A stretch of 56,184 nt of DNA, counting the filler, from Platydemus manokwari (taxonomy: Eukaryota): the NCBI GenBank assembly GCA_037951405.1. It is 5 parts of 5 records of this genome, joined end to end, with 100 filler letters (N's around TTAATTAATTAA, not from the genome) between each part and the next. Parts side by side here need not be neighbours in the genome. Positions count along the whole stretch, not along the records: positions 41,847 to 56,184 come from JBBMOY011481418.1; 4 more parts are not named here. The stretch is one strand, 5' to 3'. A program made the position numbers and the translations under genes. Shown one piece after another: positions 53,501 through 56,184 of the stretch (its first letter is position 1; every line of letters starts with the position of its first letter). The notes beneath the pieces were generated by a model that saw only the letters and a program-made list of their open reading frames with translations, did no database searches and was not told the DNA's origin.

Positions 53501-56184
53501 AATCATCATAAGACTATTTATCATCTCGCTTACATGCATATTTTGTTTTAGTCTGATTGTTAGTCAGTATGATGCCTACCCTTCCAATAGTAATTGCCTT
53601 TCGGATTTTGTTCTATTTTCTATTTGCTTGCTATCCTTTTTCCTTCTTTCTCCTCATTTGTTTTTCCAATTTTAAGGCATTCTTTATAGCTATCGGTGGT
53701 GCTATATTTCCGTTGTATTGTTGAAATCCTCAGGAGTAACCTCTTATTTCTAGGAATATTTCCTCTTCATTAAGTGTCTTTGATGCAATAAATTCTATGA
53801 TTTTTGCTAATTTGTGACCATTTGGTTCAATTTATTTTGCTCAGATGACATGTTATAAGAAGTGACGTTCTTAAGTCCATTCACATTTTAAAGTTTTGGC
53901 TTTTAGGTTTGTTTTTCTTTATTTGAAGAATAAATTTTCAATATATAATCTTTCAAAGTTTCAGAATATATTATCGTATCATTTATTGTGTGGTAAATCT
54001 GTTATAATGGTGTTGATAAATATATGGAATGTAGTTACTGCGTTCAATAGGCTAAACGGCATTTTGCGAATTCATATAAATACTCTTCAGTGAAGTGTTT
54101 AGAAAAGGAAAAATTAGGGCAAACCTTAAGATCGCTTATTTTTCATGAATATCGAAGAAAACAAACTGAAATAATCTTAAATATTGGATCCAGAAATGAC
54201 AGATGAAATAAGACAAAATTGATAGCCACTTTGTTTTATGAAATCAGAGTGGGAACTTGTCACCACAAGATGAATTTTAAAGCTTTTTGTCTTAAGATGG
54301 TACATCCAATGTTTGATAGAACATCTGAAGTTTGATTATTACTTCTAGATAAATGCCTGATATTCAGTAGAATTTGGTATTGGAATATACTGTGCTTTTG
54401 ATCAAGGAATCTAAAGAAGTTCGTCAAAGCAGTGTTGTTGAGTACAACACCTACAATAAAATAAATGATAAATCAAATATAATTTGGTGCGTGACTTTTC
54501 AGTTCGTTTTCGATCTGTTGTTTTGAAAATAATAGCGGCTTACAACTGAAAAATAGAATTAAGAAAATAGAAAAATTAAAATAAAATTAGTTACCAAATA
54601 TAGAGACCATATGAATAATGGGATAAAAATAGTAATAATAAAATCTAATAATATGATGAAAAAATTAAATAATAAAAATTATCGGATTAAAAAATAATAT
54701 TGATAGAGACACAAAATTAATGATGCTTCTTATACATCAAACCACTTATCCAATCACTAAATACAGCAATTAATAGTTCTCGCCAATTGATTCAATTCAC
54801 AAATTCTATAATAAAAATTAATTTACATTGTTATTAATAACAATCGTTCCAAAGGAATTCCATTTATTAGTCAACATTCAATTCACATGCAATCTCGAGA
54901 ATAACATACCACTTGCATTGGAAAAAAGAAACTCTGAACACTTAAATCAACATCTAATCAGCACCACGAGGCTCACGTCTTGTAAAATCCTATTTGCTCA
55001 AAAGAAACCAACATTGTACGCTACCGGTGCCATACCCTTTCGAGGCAGACATATTTGACTTACTGAATAGTGACGAATCATTAAATGAATCTGAAATCAA
55101 AATGAAGAGTAAATGCAACGCAAACAAACACAAAAGGTACTTTGGAAAAACTCAAAGATAAAAAGATACTTCTAGGATAAGTGACAATAACAATTACATG
55201 AGAATAACTTTGACTGTGGCTCATTAATATGAATATGCATGGACCATAAAAGCATCAGAAGAAAATCTAAACAAAACAGTTCATAAGATTCGATTGAACA
55301 ATTAACAGGGATGAGACTGGCCACTACAAAAGATCAGGACGACCATATTCGATTCAAAAGAAGACAAGTGATGGCCTTGTGTAAAAAATAATTTCAAAAT
55401 CGAAAATTTCTATCAATTGATCTTAAAAAAATTTAGGAATTGTTACTATCACAAAAACATATAATGATACTGTGAGCAGGAGCAGCTGGCTTTTTAAAAA
55501 GCTGAAATACTAATTCACAAAGAGTAAGCATTATGTGAAGATAAATGCTTAATAATCAGTGGCTTATCATTTCAAAACACATATTATATCCTAATATGAT
55601 AAAGAAAAGATAATGAACGCTTTCAGTATAAGACATGATCAGGGATAAACAATAAACCGATGTAAAACTAAACTGACGGAATTATTAATTAAATTGTGTT
55701 GGGATTTCACAACCAAATAACAAATCATACTCAGTCTTATGTGTACCATATAGCATCTTAAAATAAGTTACAAATTCTTTAGATAGATTTCGGTAGTAAT
55801 GTCTTCAAAACCTGCTAGTGAAGATCGCATAGAACCATAAATATAAATAAAATCAATAATTCCACAACATATTTATTTATTAAAGAGGATAAACAAAACT
55901 GAAAATTCAAAAATTAAACTATCATATATTTAGTGGGTTTTGTTTAAAATAGAAATGTGCTACCAAATGAAGGTTTGAGCGAGAATACTAGCAAAATAAA
56001 TTATATGCTTTAATTTAGTTGGATCATATAATCTCGAACATTGAAAAGTGCAAACGAGTGTCGAATATTTGGTCGAACATTTTATGCATTGATCAAAAAA
56101 CGGGTTTACAGAATTTACTTTGGAATTGTGATCGATTGGAATGGAACTCAATATCCAATAAACACACACACACACAAACATATA

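Noticed and set aside
52100-55450. Possible hAT and LINE relics
   Set aside because: Motif resemblance is too faint to assign family or boundaries by eye.
1-56184. CRISPR arrays, rRNA, spliced-leader RNA, prokaryotic operons
   Set aside because: No regularly spaced repeats or matching sequence was seen, and the DNA is eukaryotic.

Overview
This is very AT-rich eukaryotic DNA (roughly 25-30% GC by eye). The tiny ~45-65 nt GT-AG introns and the repeat content suggest a flatworm such as a planarian; this is inference. The window consists of five contigs (1-11550, 11651-21808, 21909-32256, 32357-41746, 41847-56184) joined by artificial N44-TTAATTAATTAA-N44 linkers, so adjacency across linkers is not reliable. 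Host genes supported by the sequence: an intronless F-box/LRR gene (23709-25058, -); a divergent pair of two-exon secreted C-type lectin + PAN/apple genes (35206-35955 -, 40106-40851 +); an isolated N-terminal exon of a cGMP-dependent protein kinase (19017-19228); and a disrupted multi-exon defensin-like peptide gene (46415-46809, -). Most of the rest is transposon debris: Gypsy, Penelope-like, LINE, mariner, pogo MITE, hAT, piggyBac, and Polinton/Maverick capsid and PolB. The most notable signal is a NeSL/Utopia-like restriction-endonuclease non-LTR retrotransposon whose AATAAA-terminated 3' end runs directly into nt ~10-73 of a tRNA-Phe(GAA) gene. This suggests a tRNA-Phe-targeting site-specific retroelement. 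All family assignments come from motif recognition by eye; no database search was run.
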